A stretch of 64,000 nucleotides of DNA from Nitrososphaera sp. (GCA_023250885.1 JAHEZV010000002.1:671-64670), one strand, 5' to 3'; shown: positions 19,222-29,090, numbered from the stretch's first letter. Numbers and translations are program-made. The notes: generated by a model from the sequence alone, not told the origin.

Positions 19222-21558
19222 TTGGAGCCCAAGATCCAGTCAACGTCATGGAATCCCGAAATAGAGAAGGCGATTCTCAAGAGGTGGGAAGAGCAGGACA
19301 TCTACCGCTTTGCAATAAACGGGAGGCCTGCGTTTGTAATTGACACGCCGCCTCCATACCCGTCCGGGCGCCCCTGGCACATAGGCGCGGCCGCGCACTA
19401 TGCGCAGATCGACATGATAGCGCGCACTGCCCGGATGAATGGCAGGAACGTGCTCTTTCCGATTGGCATCGACAGGAACGGTCTGCCCGTTGAAATTTAC
19501 ACGGAGAAAAAGCACAAGGTGCGCATGCGCCAGATGGATAGGGAAAAGTTCCTGGAGCTCTGCAAGGTTGCCCTTGACGACATAGAGGCTGAAATGATCC
19601 AGATAATGAAAGGCATGGGGCTTTCCGCTAATTTTAAAGAATATTACAGGACCGACTCTGACGACTATCGTGCGCTGACGCAGAGCACGTTCATCGAGCT
19701 CTGGAAGCGGGGACTCGTCTACCTCGCAAACAGGCCCAACAACTACTGCCCAGACTGCGGCACCACAATAGCGGACGCAGAGATCAATTACGACGAGATC
19801 CCGACAAAGCTGGTTTACATGAAGTTCAAGATAAAAGAGACCGACGACGACGTCATCATCGCGTCAACAAGGCCGGAGCTGCTTTTTGCGTGCCAGGCAG
19901 TGATCGTCAACCCCGAAGACGATAGGTACAAGGGCCTGCAGGGTTCGCACGCCATTATACCATTGTTCAACCGCGAAGTGCAGATAAGGCCGCACCACTC
20001 GGCCAAGCCGGAGTTTGGCTCTGGCGCCGTGATGGTCTGCAGCTACGGCGACCAGAACGACGTTCAGATCTTCCGCGAATTAGGATTGAAGGAAATAGTC
20101 GCGTTGAATCAGAACGGCTTTACCACGGAAGCGGCGGGCCAGTACGCCGGGCTGCGGATAAATCAAGCGAGGACCAAGGTAATTGAAGATCTGAGGAATT
20201 CAGGCCTGATCGAAAGGGAGGAGAGCATCATGCACAGGACGCCCCTTTGCGAGCGCAGCGATACTCCGATTGAGATAATCCCACTCCACGACTATTATAT
20301 AAAGCAGCTTGACTTCGTGCCTCAGCTCCGGGAGCTTGCAGAAAAGCTGAAGTTCCACCCTGACATTCACCGACAGATACTGCTCAACTGGCTAGACTCT
20401 ATAGCAATCGATTGGCCGGTGTCAAGGCGCAGGTTCTACGGCACCGAGATCCCGATATGGTACTGCAATATTTGCAAGGCGCCAAACCTGCCACCGCCCG
20501 GCAAATACTACCGGCCATGGAAGGAGAGGCCACCGTTTGCAAAGTGCGAGAAGTGCGGCGGCTCTGAATTCACGGGCGAGGACCGGACCTTTGACACGTG
20601 GATGGACTCGAGCATCAGCCCGCTCTACGTCACGAAATTCGGCAGGGATCAGCAGTTGTTCGACTACGCCTACCCTGCAGCGGTCAGGCCGCAGGCAAAG
20701 GACATTATACGTACGTGGCTCCACTACACGATGCTCCGGTGCGTACAGCTGACGGACAGGATGCCGTGGAGCGAGGCGTGGATAATGGGCTACGGAGTCG
20801 ACGAAAAGGGTGAAAAGATGAGCAAGAGCAAGGGCAACGTTATCGATCCATTCCCGGTCATACAGAAATATGGTGCCGACACGTTCCGGTTTTGGTCCGC
20901 AAGTGAGGCCAACCTTGGCTACGATTTTAGGTGCTCTGAGCAGAGGATCGCCGGTTCTCAAAAGTTCCTTTCCAAACTATGGAACCTTGGGAGGTTCCTG
21001 TCATCGTTTGAAGTTGTGGAAGAGATGCCCGAGCTGGAACCCTCTGATAAATGGCTGCTGGCAGAGCTTGCCCGGCTTGTCGAAGAGTGCAAGAAAGGCT
21101 ACGACAATTACAACTTTTTCATCCCGGCAAGCGCAATCCGGGACTTTACGTGGAACCTTTTTGCAGCACATTATGTCGAGATGGTGAAGGGGCGCGCATA
21201 TGCTGCTGGAAACGACGCCAGCAAGAGGTCAGCGCTCTACACCCTGCACAGGTGCCTCTCCACGATCCTGCTCCTGATTGCCCCGATAACTCCTTTCATC
21301 GCAGAGGAGCTCTGGACAAAGATCTACTCTTCCGGCAGCATCCACCTCCAGCCCATGTTCCGGGAAGTGAGGGCGGATGCCGAGATCGCGAAATACACGA
21401 AACAGATAACAGACTTTAACTCGATGGTCTGGAACAAAAAGAAGGAGACGATCAAGGACGGCAAGCCGCTTTCGCTCAAAGACCCGATAAGTGTGCCGGT
21501 GCCGGCAGAGCTTGCGCAATTTGCAAAGGACCTGAAGGAAATGCACAACCTGGTATGA
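19222..21558 (+). CDS. valS: Valine--tRNA ligase (class I, archaeal type)
   Basis: IDTPPPYPSG, FPIGIDRNGLPVE, DWPVSRRRFYGTEIPIWYC and KMSKSKGN. TTG start. The HIGH position reads HIGA (see findings). Confidence 0.85.
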   Translation: MEPKIQSTSWNPEIEKAILKRWEEQDIYRFAINGRPAFVIDTPPPYPSGRPWHIGAAAHYAQIDMIARTARMNGRNVLFPIGIDRNGLPVEIYTEKKHKVRMRQMDREKFLELCKVALDDIEAEMIQIMKGMGLSANFKEYYRTDSDDYRALTQSTFIELWKRGLVYLANRPNNYCPDCGTTIADAEINYDEIPTKLVYMKFKIKETDDDVIIASTRPELLFACQAVIVNPEDDRYKGLQGSHAIIPLFNREVQIRPHHSAKPEFGSGAVMVCSYGDQNDVQIFRELGLKEIVALNQNGFTTEAAGQYAGLRINQARTKVIEDLRNSGLIEREESIMHRTPLCERSDTPIEIIPLHDYYIKQLDFVPQLRELAEKLKFHPDIHRQILLNWLDSIAIDWPVSRRRFYGTEIPIWYCNICKAPNLPPPGKYYRPWKERPPFAKCEKCGGSEFTGEDRTFDTWMDSSISPLYVTKFGRDQQLFDYAYPAAVRPQAKDIIRTWLHYTMLRCVQLTDRMPWSEAWIMGYGVDEKGEKMSKSKGNVIDPFPVIQKYGADTFRFWSASEANLGYDFRCSEQRIAGSQKFLSKLWNLGRFLSSFEVVEEMPELEPSDKWLLAELARLVEECKKGYDNYNFFIPASAIRDFTWNLFAAHYVEMVKGRAYAAGNDASKRSALYTLHRCLSTILLLIAPITPFIAEELWTKIYSSGSIHLQPMFREVRADAEIAKYTKQITDFNSMVWNKKKETIKDGKPLSLKDPISVPVPAELAQFAKDLKEMHNLV

Positions 21559-22547
21559 AGGCCGTTCCATTTTTCGAGCATGGGTCTCTGGATGTTTTGC
21601 AGTACTGCGAATTCCCGGATCCTGCTGCCGACAAGGATATTGTAGTTGACGTAGAGTACTGCGGCGTGAACCACCTTGACATATGGACCCGAATGGGCAT
21701 TCCCGGCAAAAAGATTCTGCTGCCCCACATTTGTGGCTGCGACATCGTGGGTACCTTGAAGGGCCAGCGAGTGATGGTCTACCCCGGCATCTCCTGCGAC
21801 AGGTGCCAATACTGCAATAGCGGGCATGAGAACCTCTGCAACGAGTTTGCGATCATTGGCGGCATGAGCGACTGGAACGGGGGCTACGCGGAAAAGGTCG
21901 CAGTGCCTGCAAGGAACGTGATCAAGATACCAAAGGCGCTGAAGAGCGAATCGGCCGCCACGCTTGCAGTGTCGTACCTCGTGGCGTGGAACATGCTCAA
22001 GGCAAATGGTGCCGGCAGGAGCAAGACGATCCTAGTCTACGGAGCGGCAAGTGGAGTCGGGATGGCGACTATCCAGCTTGCAATGGCGCTTGGAGCCAAA
22101 GTAATAACGACGGTGTCTAGCGGCAAGCACGAGTTTGCTAAAAAGCTGGGAGCTGATCGCGTCATTGACAAGACAAGCCAAAACATCGTAGAAGAAGTCA
22201 AGAGGATCAGCCCTACCGGAGTCGACATCGTCGTCGATCACGTCGGGGCAGCCACGTGGCCTACCAGCATCGCGGTACTCAGGCAGGGAGGCAGGATGGC
22301 CGTCTGCGGCATGACGTCTGGTAACGAGGCAAAAGTCCCGGTGAGAGTGTTTTACAGCAAGCAGATATTGATGACCGGCGCTCTGCTCGGGACGAGGGGA
22401 GAGCTTCAGGAATTGATAAGGTTTGTAGTCAGGAAAAAGATCCGACCGGTAATCGATTCTATCTTCCCATTAAAAGATGCAAAAGAAGCCCACAAGAAAA
22501 TGGAAGCTAACCTGCATAAAGGCAAGATCCTGCTCAGTTGCAGGTAG
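21555..22547 (+). CDS. Zinc-type alcohol dehydrogenase / quinone oxidoreductase (MDR superfamily)
   Basis: GVNHLD, CDRCQYCNSGHENLC, and the GAASGVG Rossmann motif. ATGA overlap with valS. Confidence 0.85.
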   Translation: MKAVPFFEHGSLDVLQYCEFPDPAADKDIVVDVEYCGVNHLDIWTRMGIPGKKILLPHICGCDIVGTLKGQRVMVYPGISCDRCQYCNSGHENLCNEFAIIGGMSDWNGGYAEKVAVPARNVIKIPKALKSESAATLAVSYLVAWNMLKANGAGRSKTILVYGAASGVGMATIQLAMALGAKVITTVSSGKHEFAKKLGADRVIDKTSQNIVEEVKRISPTGVDIVVDHVGAATWPTSIAVLRQGGRMAVCGMTSGNEAKVPVRVFYSKQILMTGALLGTRGELQELIRFVVRKKIRPVIDSIFPLKDAKEAHKKMEANLHKGKILLSCR

Positions 22548-22966
22548 CGCATGCGCTTCCAGTATTCCACCAAATTAGTTCTTTAATACTACATACACAC
22601 GTGCGCGTTTCCAGCCCAGAAATCGCTCAGGAATTAGTTCTTTTCTACCTAATATCAAGAATGGAACCCTGCCCGAGCCATAACTGATCCAGCAGTATTT
22701 GGGGCAGGGCCCATGTATGACGGTAGTTTCGTATGGAATGCTGCGGGTGTAGCTGGGTCGCGTAAGTTACTTAAAGAGTATGTCTGCACTGCATTGCAAT
22801 CTGGCGGCTATGCCAATAAGACAAAAGAAGGATGATGTTGCTTGGACATGCAGGATCAGGCGGCCGCTGCGAAAACAGGTGTTCTTGCAGCATCAGTAGC
22901 AATATCTACAGGCCTGCGTATGTTGCCGTCGCGCGAATGAATCGAGGTGCCCGTCTCTTTGTTGCA

Positions 22967-23056
22967 TTAGACGCATTTCCACTGAACGTCTTCCTCGCAT
23001 GCCGGGCACATCGTAATTGGCTGGATTTCGCCGCCACATGCTCTACACGAAGCCAT
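22967..23056 (-). CDS. 29-aa zinc-ribbon peptide
   Basis: Own translation: MASCRACGGEIQPITMCPACEEDVQWKCV (CxxC...CxxC). A GGAGG lies 15 nt upstream. Very short, so speculative. Confidence 0.35.
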   Translation of the reverse strand: MASCRACGGEIQPITMCPACEEDVQWKCV

Positions 23057-23130
23057 TTTCTCAGTTGCTGCCTCCTGATAGTTATGTCGTTGCAAAGATT
23101 TTACCTGATCATGCCCACCTTTTGCTTTGA

Positions 23131-23319
23131 TTAAATAGACTCGGCAACTCCCTGCCCGTGCTTTTGCTTGTTGTGCTGGTTCAGCTCCGTGGCCGTGTTG
23201 AACATGGCGCCGCAGTTACACTGGTACGGCTTGTGTTGGTTGTCCCCCGGAGGCAGCGTATGGACCGTGAGCTAGCCGTTTGCTCCATGGTATTTCCTGA
23301 TTAGGGCAGCACCTTCCAT
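23131..23319 (-). pseudogene. Small C2H2-like zinc-finger ORF interrupted by an in-frame TAG
   Basis: Own translation: MEGAALIRKYHGANG*LTVHTLPPGDNQHKPYQCNCGAMFNTATELNQHNKQKHGQGVAESI. The TAG is at 23274..23272. Confidence 0.35.
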
Positions 23320-23336
23320 GATCTAAAAGTGTGCTG

Positions 23337-23702
23337 TCAACCTTTGCCGTTCAGCAGCTCCAGCGCGGCGTCGGCAATGTCCATAGCTGTGTGCGATTCC
23401 ACATTTGGTTCTAGCGTGACCAGCAGTATCTTGTCCTGCATGTAGAATGTCAGGATCGATATCTTTTCCCGTTCTACATAGGCGAACCGAGCCCTTCCCA
23501 TCGCGTCATCAAAGCGATCTCTCATTGACTTGCGGAGCGCGGTCTGGGTGAGGAAGAGCTCCTCGTCTGTCTCGCTCACTATCGAGTCGGTGCCGTTGCG
23601 CATGCCGCCGGCGATCGGCGCGCCGGTGCTGTCGATGATGCCGGCGTACCTGATGCCATCGTTGAGTGCAAACACCTGCCTGCAAAGCTTTCCAAAATCC
23701 AT
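23337..23702 (-). CDS. Hypothetical small protein, possibly Roadblock/LC7-like fold
   Basis: 121-aa ORF with an ATG start. The alpha/beta pattern (…GIRYAGIIDSTGAPIAGG…ILLVTLEP…) suggests the fold. The fold assignment is tentative. Confidence 0.55.
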   Translation of the reverse strand: MDFGKLCRQVFALNDGIRYAGIIDSTGAPIAGGMRNGTDSIVSETDEELFLTQTALRKSMRDRFDDAMGRARFAYVEREKISILTFYMQDKILLVTLEPNVESHTAMDIADAALELLNGKG

Positions 23703-23975
23703 ACTACTGTTTTGGTATCGGCGTTTATAGAGTTTTTAGTAAAGTCGTATTAGCAATTGATGCCCAGTTAGTGTATGAGCAGAGATAGGAGGAACCCTTT
23801 GAAGCGTGATCAGGCGTCGAATGATCCTACCGGTCGGCAGCTGGGAGAGGAACCAAGACCAGATCCCCATTCAGAAAAAGAACCGCGGAGAGAAGCAAGA
23901 TCCTGGCGTTCGATGCACAACACCGGCTTACAAGGGAGATTAGGATTTAATACCACAGCCATCTAGAATTGAGCG

Positions 23976-24818
23976 TTGAAAATAGGCAGGGTGCCAGTCG
24001 GCGACAGATTCGCGACAAAGGTGATCGGCATTATCAACGCCAGCCCCGAATCGTTCTATAAGGGCTCTGTCAGGACTGGCGATCTGGAAATAGCCGCCGC
24101 TGCTAGACAGATGCAGGAGCACGGAGCGCACATCATCGACATCGGGGCCATGTCCACCGCGCCTTACCTTGAAACCGTGATCCCAGTTGAGGAAGAGATT
24201 AGGAGGATGAAGCAGGCCATCAGAGCGGTGAAAAGCGCCTGCGACCTTCCAATCTCGGCAGACACGCCGCGGGCAAGTGTTGCAGAGGAGGCGGTGGCAG
24301 CCGGCGCCGACGCGATAAACGACGTGACCGGCCTGAAATACGACAGCAAGATGCCGGTTGTCGCGGCAAAGGCCTCCGTGCCAGTAATAGCCGGCGCGTA
24401 CAGCGGGGCCCGCGCCACCGGCAGGATGGCCGGCACGCTTGCCGCGCTGAAGGAAAGCATTGCCATTGCAAAAAAGGCCGGCATAAAAGACGTGATAGTC
24501 GACCCGTCTATAGGGTTTTTCAGAGAAGAAGGCAAGAATCGGTTCTTTACAAAAATGACAGACATGTCGTGGTACGCCCGCGACATCGAAGTGCTGTCAA
24601 GCCTTGGCAAGCTTGCTGTGCTCAAAAAGCCTGTGTGCGTCTCCGCGTCAAGGAAGTCGTTCATCGGGCACTTGCTGGACTTGCAGGCAGAGGAGCGCCT
24701 GATACCATCGATAGTATGCGAGGCAGTGGCAGTTCTCAACGGCGCAAGCATAATCAGGACGCACAGCGTCCGCGAGACTGTGCAGGCGCTGACGATGCTG
24801 CAATTGTTGAAGCCTTGA
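23976..24818 (+). CDS. folP: Dihydropteroate synthase (pterin-binding domain)
   Basis: VIGIINASPESFYKGS, HIIDIGAMST, ADAINDVTG and IVDPSIGF. TTG start. Confidence 0.85.
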   Translation: MKIGRVPVGDRFATKVIGIINASPESFYKGSVRTGDLEIAAAARQMQEHGAHIIDIGAMSTAPYLETVIPVEEEIRRMKQAIRAVKSACDLPISADTPRASVAEEAVAAGADAINDVTGLKYDSKMPVVAAKASVPVIAGAYSGARATGRMAGTLAALKESIAIAKKAGIKDVIVDPSIGFFREEGKNRFFTKMTDMSWYARDIEVLSSLGKLAVLKKPVCVSASRKSFIGHLLDLQAEERLIPSIVCEAVAVLNGASIIRTHSVRETVQALTMLQLLKP

Positions 24819-24866
24819 TGGCAAACGCTTATAATCCTACGAACCGACTAGACAGTAAGGGAATAG

Positions 24867-26300
24867 TTGGACATTCGAGAAGGTCTGACGTTTGACGACG
24901 TACTTCTTGTTCCTAAGCGGTCACCCATAGTTTCTAGGTCCCAGACCAACCTGCGCACAAAACTTTCGCGCAACATCACGCTCAACATTCCTATCATCAG
25001 CGCCAACATGGACACGGTGACCGAGTCGGGAATGGCAGTAGCCCTTGCAAGGGAGGGCGGTATCGGCATCATCCACCGCTTCATGACGATCGAGGATCAG
25101 GTCGACGAGATCCTGAAGGTCAAGCGCTCTGAATCAGTAATGATAGAGCAACCATACACGATCAAGCCCGATGTCACCGTTGCGGAGGCGAAAAAGGCAA
25201 TGGCCGTGTACGGCGTTTCAGGGTTGCTGGTAGAAGAGGGCGGCAAGCTCGCCGGCATCATCACTAGACGTGACATTACATTTGAAAAGAACAACAGGCG
25301 CAAGGTATCGGAGCTAATGACAAAGGAAGTCATCACCGCCAAGGCCGGCCTGACAATAGAGCAGGCCAAGGAAATCCTGCACAAGCAGCGCATTGAAAAG
25401 CTACCCGTGATAGACGACAAGCGCAGGATCGTCGGGCTCATCACGAGCAAGGACATTTTAAAGATGGAGCAGTACCCACACGCGTCAAAGGACAGGAAGG
25501 GCAGGCTGCTAGTTGGCGCCGCAGTCGGCGTCAAGGGCGACTACCTCGAGCGCACCGAGGCGCTGCTGGAAGCCGGGGCGGACGTCCTTGTCGTGGACAT
25601 TGCCCACGGCCACAGCGAAAATGCGATCAACACCGTTCACATGATAAAAAAGGCGTTCCCAAGCTGCGAGCTGATCGCAGGCAACGTCGCGACGGGCGAC
25701 GGCGCAAGGGACCTTATCAAGGCCGGCGTGGACGCAGTCAAGGTGGGGGTAGGCTCGGGCTCGATATGCATAACAAGGGTGATCACGGGCTCGGGCGTGC
25801 CGCAGCTGACCGCGGTCATTGACAGCGTCGGGGTCGCCCGCGACTATGACACCCCGGTAATTTCAGACGGCGGCATACGCAACTCCGGCGACATCACCAA
25901 GGCCCTTGCGGCCGGCTCGTCATCGGTCATGGTCGGAAGCCTCTTTGGTGGCACAGACGAAAGCCCAGGCAAGACACTTGTCAAGAACGGCAAGAAATTC
26001 AAGATGTACCGAGGCATGGCGTCGTTCTACGCGTCGCTTGGCCGGAAATATCGCGAGGAAGGCGCGGAGGTAGTCGACTCGGACGACCTGAACGACTATG
26101 TGCCCGAAGGGGTCGAGGCGATGGTGCCCTACAAGGGTAGCGTAGTCGAGATCGTCAGACAATTGGCAGGTGGGCTGCGCTCGGGGCTCTCATACTGCGG
26201 CGCCAAGACGATAGCAGAGATGCAAAAGAACGCCGAGTTCATCAAGATGACTTCGGCCGGATACATCGAGAGCCAGCCACACGACGTGGATGTGATGTAG
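24867..26300 (+). CDS. guaB: IMP dehydrogenase with an inserted CBS pair
   Basis: [10 protein letters not shown], the CBS pair, catalytic loop [12 protein letters not shown], and [11 protein letters not shown] start. Confidence 0.95.
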   Translation: MDIREGLTFDDVLLVPKRSPIVSRSQTNLRTKLSRNITLNIPIISANMDTVTESGMAVALAREGGIGIIHRFMTIEDQVDEILKVKRSESVMIEQPYTIKPDVTVAEAKKAMAVYGVSGLLVEEGGKLAGIITRRDITFEKNNRRKVSELMTKEVITAKAGLTIEQAKEILHKQRIEKLPVIDDKRRIVGLITSKDILKMEQYPHASKDRKGRLLVGAAVGVKGDYLERTEALLEAGADVLVVDIAHGHSENAINTVHMIKKAFPSCELIAGNVATGDGARDLIKAGVDAVKVGVGSGSICITRVITGSGVPQLTAVIDSVGVARDYDTPVISDGGIRNSGDITKALAAGSSSVMVGSLFGGTDESPGKTLVKNGKKFKMYRGMASFYASLGRKYREEGAEVVDSDDLNDYVPEGVEAMVPYKGSVVEIVRQLAGGLRSGLSYCGAKTIAEMQKNAEFIKMTSAGYIESQPHDVDVM

Positions 26301-26439
26301 ATGAGAGCGGTGCATAGTACTTGCTGATCAGCCTTAACGCTTCGGGCATTATCCCCTGAAAGTTCCATGCGGTGGAGTCAATCGTATACACCTGCTCTCA
26401 ACTTTTAATTCAAGCTTTGTCTTTCTATATGATGCTAAA

Positions 26440-27552
26440 TTGAGCATAAACGATCTAAAAATCAAACATGTACAGAAGCTTCATTACGAGACGGTGCTTG
26501 TTATGCAGGGAGGAGGTTCGCTTGGGGCCTACGAATGCGGCGTATACAAGACCATGGCTAAACATGACATAAAATTTGACATTATCGCCGGCACCTCCAT
26601 AGGAGCTATCAATGCGGGAATAGTAGCCGGCTCAAAGAGCGGCCGGCCTGAAAAAGACCTAGAGGATTTCTGGCTGGACGTCGCAGAAACCATAACGCCC
26701 TTTATGATGCCAGATAATATTCGGGCAGTTATGTCGTCGTATTATGGGGCATTTTACGGCAATCTAAAAGTCTTTTCACCTGTATGGTTCATGGCTCCGA
26801 ACCTCAACAATAGCAGTTATTTTTCTTACAGGTTGCCGTACTTGTATGACCTGACCGCTCTAAAGAAAACACTAGAGAAATACATCGACTTTACTAAACT
26901 GAAGGGTAATACCCACCGCTTAATTGTAACCTGCACTGACATCAAGAAAGGCGAACCTGTAGTATTCGATAGCGCTAACATGAATATAGACGCAGATCAT
27001 CTAGCTGCGTGCGCAAGCTTTCCTTTCTACGGAATCGGCTGGACTGAAAAGGATGGCAAATATCTGTGGGACGGTGCATTGCTCAGCAACACCCCGCTCA
27101 GAGAAGTGATTGACTCATCGCCAAAGAACGACAAGAAAGTGTACATTGTGAATCTATTTCCACACGTTCAAGAAGAACTGCCGGAGAATTTGTTAGATAG
27201 CTGGCATAGGGCCAGGGACATCATGTATACTGAGAAGACGGATCACAACCTGCGAATGTCGAAGGTAATCTCAAAGTATCTATTGCTGCTAAAGGAAATG
27301 CATGACATCATAAGCAATGTCCAACTTGACCAGGAGTCGCAGGCGAGGTTCATGAAGATAGAGCGGGAATACCACAAGTTGACGGAGAAACGTGGCGCAA
27401 TAATCGATGAGATCGTTAGGATTGAACGATCCGAGGCTTTGCACTTTCTATTCGAAGACGCTGATTTTTCAGAAGCCACAATAAAGAAGCTGATATTACA
27501 AGGGGAAGAAGACGCCGAAAAAGCTCTGACAAAGAAAAAGGAAAAACAGTAA
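26440..27552 (+). CDS. Patatin-like phospholipase with a C-terminal helical extension
   Basis: Oxyanion motif QGGGSLG, nucleophile elbow GTSIG, and catalytic DGA (WDGALLSNTP). TTG start. Confidence 0.85.
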   Translation: MSINDLKIKHVQKLHYETVLVMQGGGSLGAYECGVYKTMAKHDIKFDIIAGTSIGAINAGIVAGSKSGRPEKDLEDFWLDVAETITPFMMPDNIRAVMSSYYGAFYGNLKVFSPVWFMAPNLNNSSYFSYRLPYLYDLTALKKTLEKYIDFTKLKGNTHRLIVTCTDIKKGEPVVFDSANMNIDADHLAACASFPFYGIGWTEKDGKYLWDGALLSNTPLREVIDSSPKNDKKVYIVNLFPHVQEELPENLLDSWHRARDIMYTEKTDHNLRMSKVISKYLLLLKEMHDIISNVQLDQESQARFMKIEREYHKLTEKRGAIIDEIVRIERSEALHFLFEDADFSEATIKKLILQGEEDAEKALTKKKEKQ

Positions 27553-27583
27553 AGCGCTATATAGTGCCGCACTGCGACTCTGT

Positions 27584-28036
27584 ATGTTGGCCTGCAAGAT
27601 GTTCTATGCTGCAGTGGCTGCAGGGATAGCGTTCATTGTCATAGGCGCTGCGTCCAGCATCTACTCCAACATTGCGGTGGACGTCCCGCTCGACAACACG
27701 GTCAGGCCGGGGGCGCCGGACGTCATTACGCCGGAGATGAACGTGGGCGATACCGCCAGCATCTCTGTTACCGGCTCGAAGTTTAACATCAAGATCGAAG
27801 ATCCGGAGAGGCAGGTAATCAGGTCAGAAAGCAACGTCACGTCTTTCAGCTACGACCTGACGGCACAAAAGGCCGGCGAGTACCGCATAGAGATCAGCAA
27901 CACCGGCAGCTCGGACCTCACCATCAGCGGGCACGCGCAGACAAAGGCAAGCCCGCTCGGGCTCAGTGGCGCGCTGATGCTCGTGGTGACAGGCGTGATA
28001 GTGATAGGGTTGGGACTGCGTTTTAGGAAAAACTAG
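27584..28036 (+). CDS. Bitopic protein: N-terminal TM, beta-rich ectodomain, C-terminal TM with a basic tail
   Basis: 150-aa ORF lying 31 nt downstream of the patatin gene. TM helices at both ends; the tail ends RFRKN. Confidence 0.55.
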   Translation: MLACKMFYAAVAAGIAFIVIGAASSIYSNIAVDVPLDNTVRPGAPDVITPEMNVGDTASISVTGSKFNIKIEDPERQVIRSESNVTSFSYDLTAQKAGEYRIEISNTGSSDLTISGHAQTKASPLGLSGALMLVVTGVIVIGLGLRFRKN

Positions 28037-28335
28037 CTCTTCTTGCCTCTTTTCACGGCTCTTCTCACAAGATGCGTGTTGCCCGGATTCATCAGGCTTG
28101 CTATGACGTACAAAACAATCGCGGCAACAGGCATAAACGATAACACTTTGAGAATTTGGTATAACGGAAGAGAAATCGCAAAAACGCAGGGCTTCAATAA
28201 TGGTACATATTGTTCATCGACATTTACATGAACATGATAGTCCCCGTCTACATTAGTAAAAGCTTCCACTACCGTACCGTTTACTAACCTATACGGGTCG
28301 TCCTTGTCTAAAAGTATGAGCCTGGCAGGTTCCAT
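28033..28335 (-). CDS. Hypothetical protein with a C-terminal TM and basic tail (possibly the 3' half of a frameshifted gene)
   Basis: 100-aa ORF that overlaps ORF 28308..28718 by 28 nt in another frame. Confidence 0.4.
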   Translation of the reverse strand: MEPARLILLDKDDPYRLVNGTVVEAFTNVDGDYHVHVNVDEQYVPLLKPCVFAISLPLYQILKVLSFMPVAAIVLYVIASLMNPGNTHLVRRAVKRGKKS

Positions 28336-28718
28336 ACTCCGTCAAACAACTTGCCACGGTAATGCATTTCGCTGTATCCATTCCCGTCAACTTCCATGTA
28401 TCGCACCGGATGAATTTCATGCCGCCCACCAAAACCGATATCCGAGAATTCAGTATCCTGAACCCCGACACCGAATACTGCCACCCTTTCGCCTGCGGAT
28501 GGTGTTGGAAGGTCTATTTGATCAGATGGAACTATTTCAGTTACAAGAAGCGAGTAGAACGATGAATAGACAGCGAGCGGCGGAAAGATGAGTGAAACGA
28601 TAAAAGCAATTAAAAAAGGCGAAACGAGCAACTGGCAGCGATGACGATGTGAGCGGGCTGGTCTATAAATATAGATCGACGATAAATCCCGCAAGAACAA
28701 ACAAAGGCGCAGCCGCAA
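28308..28718 (-). CDS. Hypothetical protein with an N-terminal TM (possibly the 5' half of a frameshifted gene)
   Basis: 136-aa ORF with TM segment FLIAFIVSLIFPPLAVYSSFY. Start codon uncertain. Confidence 0.4.
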   Translation of the reverse strand: MRLRLCLFLRDLSSIYIYRPARSHRHRCQLLVSPFLIAFIVSLIFPPLAVYSSFYSLLVTEIVPSDQIDLPTPSAGERVAVFGVGVQDTEFSDIGFGGRHEIHPVRYMEVDGNGYSEMHYRGKLFDGVWNLPGSYF

Positions 28719-28766
28719 TGTTTGAAAATCTATTTAAGTAGATGGTAGTGATCAAGTGACAAAGAA

Positions 28767-29090
28767 ATGGTCAAGGCATCACGACAGGCGGTTAAAACGC
28801 TCTTCCTGATCAAAAGCAGGGATATCGTAGTTGACAGGCTGATCAAGCAGTGCGAAGAAGGCAATCACTCCAAGTGCACCGGCTGGGCAGTACTCAGGAA
28901 AGAAGTTTCGCCGATTGATGCAAACTACTTTCTTAGGTGTACCTGCACATGCCACCACCGCAAGAAGGAGCAGAAGCACTTCATGAAGACGCTGCTGAAG
29001 AAGAGAATAAAGAAAAAGGCGAAGAAGAAGCTAAAGCCCATTAGGAAAAGCAAAAAGAGTAAAAGGAGCAAGAGGGTGAAACGCCGCTAG
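28767..29090 (+). CDS. Small Cys/His-cluster protein with a ~35-aa polybasic tail
   Basis: 107 aa: ...QCEEGNHSKCTGW...RCTCTCHHRKKEQKH... followed by KKRIKKKAKKKLKPIRKSKKSKRSKRVKRR. Confidence 0.5.
   Translation: MVKASRQAVKTLFLIKSRDIVVDRLIKQCEEGNHSKCTGWAVLRKEVSPIDANYFLRCTCTCHHRKKEQKHFMKTLLKKRIKKKAKKKLKPIRKSKKSKRSKRVKRR

Noticed and set aside
26440-27552. Patatin as the effector of a CBASS-like or other known defence system.
   Set aside because: There is no nucleotide cyclase, NTPase sensor, protease or other known partner within several kb. Only uncharacterised membrane proteins are adjacent.
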